From Octopus vulgaris (taxonomy: Eukaryota): a stretch of 64,000 nucleotides of DNA. Numbering within the stretch: position 1 is the stretch's first letter; every line of letters begins with the position of its first letter. Positions 63,454-64,000 of the stretch are shown in pieces. Under the pieces are notes generated by a model, which searched no databases, had not been told where the DNA came from, and worked only from the letters and a program-made list of their open reading frames with translations. Position numbers and translations under genes: made by a program. The stretch is taken from positions 127,100,001 to 127,164,000 of the forward strand of contig OX597820.1 of NCBI GenBank assembly GCA_951406725.2. The letters run 5' to 3'.

Positions 63454-63670
63454 GACGATTTCATCTCAATCGAAGGAGAGGGGCTTTCTCCGTCCGGGTT
63501 GCGGATCCGTGGAATAAGCTGCCGGACGAGATGGTGAAGATGCCAACGACCGCTTGGTTCAAAGTCTCTCTTGACCAGAAATGGTCTGAATTCTTTGTAT
63601 GACCACCTTCCTTGTCCCCCTACATGGCCTTGCTTTTGCTTTTTGGGCCAATAAAAATTGAATTGAATTG
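63454..63670 (+). mobile_element. CR1/L2-group LINE 3' end, same family as 56851-57120, inside a SINE A
   Basis: Near-identical to the reverse complement of 56851-57080; (TGAAT)n tail. Confidence 0.88.
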
Positions 63671-64000
63671 AAAAAAACATAGTGGTTTGGCATAAAAGAC
63701 TGACAGAATAAGTATTAGTCTTAAAGAATATACTGGAATCAATTTTTTTCCACTAAAGCCCTCTATCACAGTGCCCCTGTATAGCCACAGTTCAATAACT
63801 GAGACAAGTATTAAAGAAAAGCAAAAAGAATATACATACATTGCTAACATCTGCAAAGATGGCATAAATATCTCACACTTTATTTACCCAACTGCTCTAA
63901 GAACTCAAAGCCTTGTGCTTCTCTGTGCATGCAACCAGTCTTTTTCCAGTGGAATAAACCAGCCACTCTTCGGTGACTTATTCCTCTGTTTTATCGTAGA

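Overview
AT-rich, microsatellite- and transposon-dense eukaryotic DNA. The tRNA-derived SINE families and microsatellite load look like an Octopus (coleoid cephalopod) genome; this is inferred from repeat content only. The window is almost all intron-like. The one host-gene signal I can support is a + strand exon (38492-38660) whose coding part ends ...GSEVPSNIQQSVKEQ|GT. This resembles the N-terminal coiled-coil entry (S.ILASVKEQ|E.QFE.L) of delta-catenin/p120-family proteins, and I found no next coding exon in the window. The rest is mobile DNA: several SINE families, RTE and CR1/L2 LINE 3' fragments, a Tx1-like ORF1 beside a (TC)n tract carrying a 36-bp coding minisatellite, a decayed Neptune-type Penelope element, Helitrons, and piggyBac, hAT and Merlin-like MITEs. 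The most interesting signals are two ~200-bp (TA)n-embedded elements with variant hammerhead-ribozyme cores (one shares sequence with the Penelope element's 3' end), a two-uORF leader on the catenin exon, a perfect 40-bp inverted templated insertion, a bipartite RTE derivative, a candidate recursive splice site/microexon and several foldback hairpins. Nearly all ORFs in the supplied track are microsatellite or repeat artefacts.
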